Shown: piece by piece, positions 31,074 through 32,000 of the stretch
Position numbering within the stretch: position 1 is the first letter of the stretch
Layout: every line of letters starts with the position of its first letter
DNA from: Wallemia ichthyophaga EXF-994
Lineage: Eukaryota > Fungi > Basidiomycota
Direction: 5' to 3'
Assembly (NCBI RefSeq): GCF_000400465.1
Contig: NW_008806274.1
Location: 630,244-662,243 of the forward strand
DNA: 32,000 bases
Position numbers and translations under genes: made by a program
Notes under the pieces: generated by a model
What the model was told of the DNA's origin: nothing
The model's input: only the letters and a program-made list of their open reading frames with translations
Database searches by the model: none

Positions 31074-32000
31074 ATGACGATCAAGTTGTTGATTGTAGAT
31101 CATCACGATTCTTATACGAATAATATACTCAGTCTGTTAGCTGGGATTGAAGGTATATACACATTGGTCATAAATCATGATAAATTGTTTGATTACAAGT
31201 CAATCGATTCATTCGACGGCATAATTATCAGCCCAGGTCCAGGAAGATCTGATTATGATAGCGATTTCGGGATAAGCGCGAGTATAATCAAATATGCTTT
31301 AACCATAAATAAACCTTTATTAGGTATTTGCTTGGGTCATCAAGGCATAGCAACCACTCTATCACCTCAGTCCCGGTTGATCCCTGTGAATAGCTTGAAA
31401 CACGGCCATATCACTCCTATATCATTAAGCGAAAGCCCTTTGTTTAGAAATATTCAATCCATTATTAATGTTGTCACTTACAACTCACTCACTATCAATC
31501 CACCCCTTTTCAACCATTTCAACATAATTGCGACTGAATTACATGACAGGAGCTCTATCATGGCTTTAGAACACTCCTACGCTCCTCTTTACGGCTTACA
31601 ATTCCATCCTGAATCCATTCAATCTCAACATGGTTCACTTATCATGAACAATTTCTTAGATATTTGCCATAAATTCAAGAATGTCACTCTAGAAATACCA
31701 ACCCATCTCATAGAAAGCTCTTCTATTGCAATTCCATCTCAATCAACGCCCTGCGTCCAGGAATCTGCATTTAAAGTGACGCAGCGACCACTTGATCTAC
31801 CAGATGATCCTCAACAAGTCTTCAATTATAGCGTCAGACAATTAACAGGACTAGGAAGTGTCTGGCTAGACTCTGCGAGACTCATTCAAGGTGTTGAATC
31901 CATGTCTTATCTCGCAAAACCTGCTATTGCAATATCATTCAAGCTATCAGATCATTCTTTGAGCATAAAAACGGAGCATGAGGGATTTCAAGTAACTATA
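31074..32000 (+). CDS. ABZ1: Aminodeoxychorismate (PABA) synthase, GATase domain and linker; 3'-truncated by window edge; not in the ORF track
   Basis: MTIKLLIVDHHDSYTNNI, IISPGPG, GICLGHQG, YNSL, GLQFHPES. The frame continues past the GATase domain to the window end, as expected for the fused fungal enzyme. Confidence 0.85.
   Translation, partial: MTIKLLIVDHHDSYTNNILSLLAGIEGIYTLVINHDKLFDYKSIDSFDGIIISPGPGRSDYDSDFGISASIIKYALTINKPLLGICLGHQGIATTLSPQSRLIPVNSLKHGHITPISLSESPLFRNIQSIINVVTYNSLTINPPLFNHFNIIATELHDRSSIMALEHSYAPLYGLQFHPESIQSQHGSLIMNNFLDICHKFKNVTLEIPTHLIESSSIAIPSQSTPCVQESAFKVTQRPLDLPDDPQQVFNYSVRQLTGLGSVWLDSARLIQGVESMSYLAKPAIAISFKLSDHSLSIKTEHEGFQVTI

Noticed and set aside
1-32000. Mobile elements, CRISPR arrays, rRNA, secondary-metabolite cluster
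   Set aside because: There are no transposase/RT motifs, terminal repeats, spacer-repeat arrays or PKS/NRPS domains, and nearly all sequence is accounted for by housekeeping genes.

Overview
Eukaryotic, extremely gene-dense fungal DNA with about 24 protein-coding genes in 32 kb. Introns are short (about 41-68 nt, GT-AG) and intergenic spacers are often under 100 bp. The architecture and gene set (PYM, STRAP, Tctex-1, FAN1, EF-hand LETM1) suggest a compact basidiomycete such as Wallemia; this is an inference, not a database result. Genes in order: SEC39 (5'-truncated), DUF1640/CCDC90-like, PYM, DHHC palmitoyltransferase, Tctex-1, IBA57, PET191/COA5, GPN3, SelW-like, MRP2, COA2-like, HEM12, BET5, UMP1, HAS1, LOC1-like (absent from the ORF track), STRAP, MDM38/LETM1, an unknown multi-exon gene, HSP78, FAN1, a YCF1-like ABCC transporter, an SreA/Urbs1-type iron GATA factor, and ABZ1 (3'-truncated). 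I found no supportable tRNA, rRNA, mobile element or CRISPR array. The most notable signals are non-coding. (1) The 54-nt intron splitting zinc finger 1 of the iron GATA repressor carries three GATAA sites, one a full ATCWGATAA overlapping the 3' splice site, and a second full site lies in its promoter shared with ABZ1. (2) Two head-to-head gene pairs have ATGs only 31-32 bp apart and share CGACGGCG, and CGACG recurs in most divergent spacers. (3) Several tiny introns have GT-rich 5' halves complementary to AC-rich 3' halves. (4) Introns fall in or right after start codons. All exon models were derived by hand and need RNA-seq confirmation.
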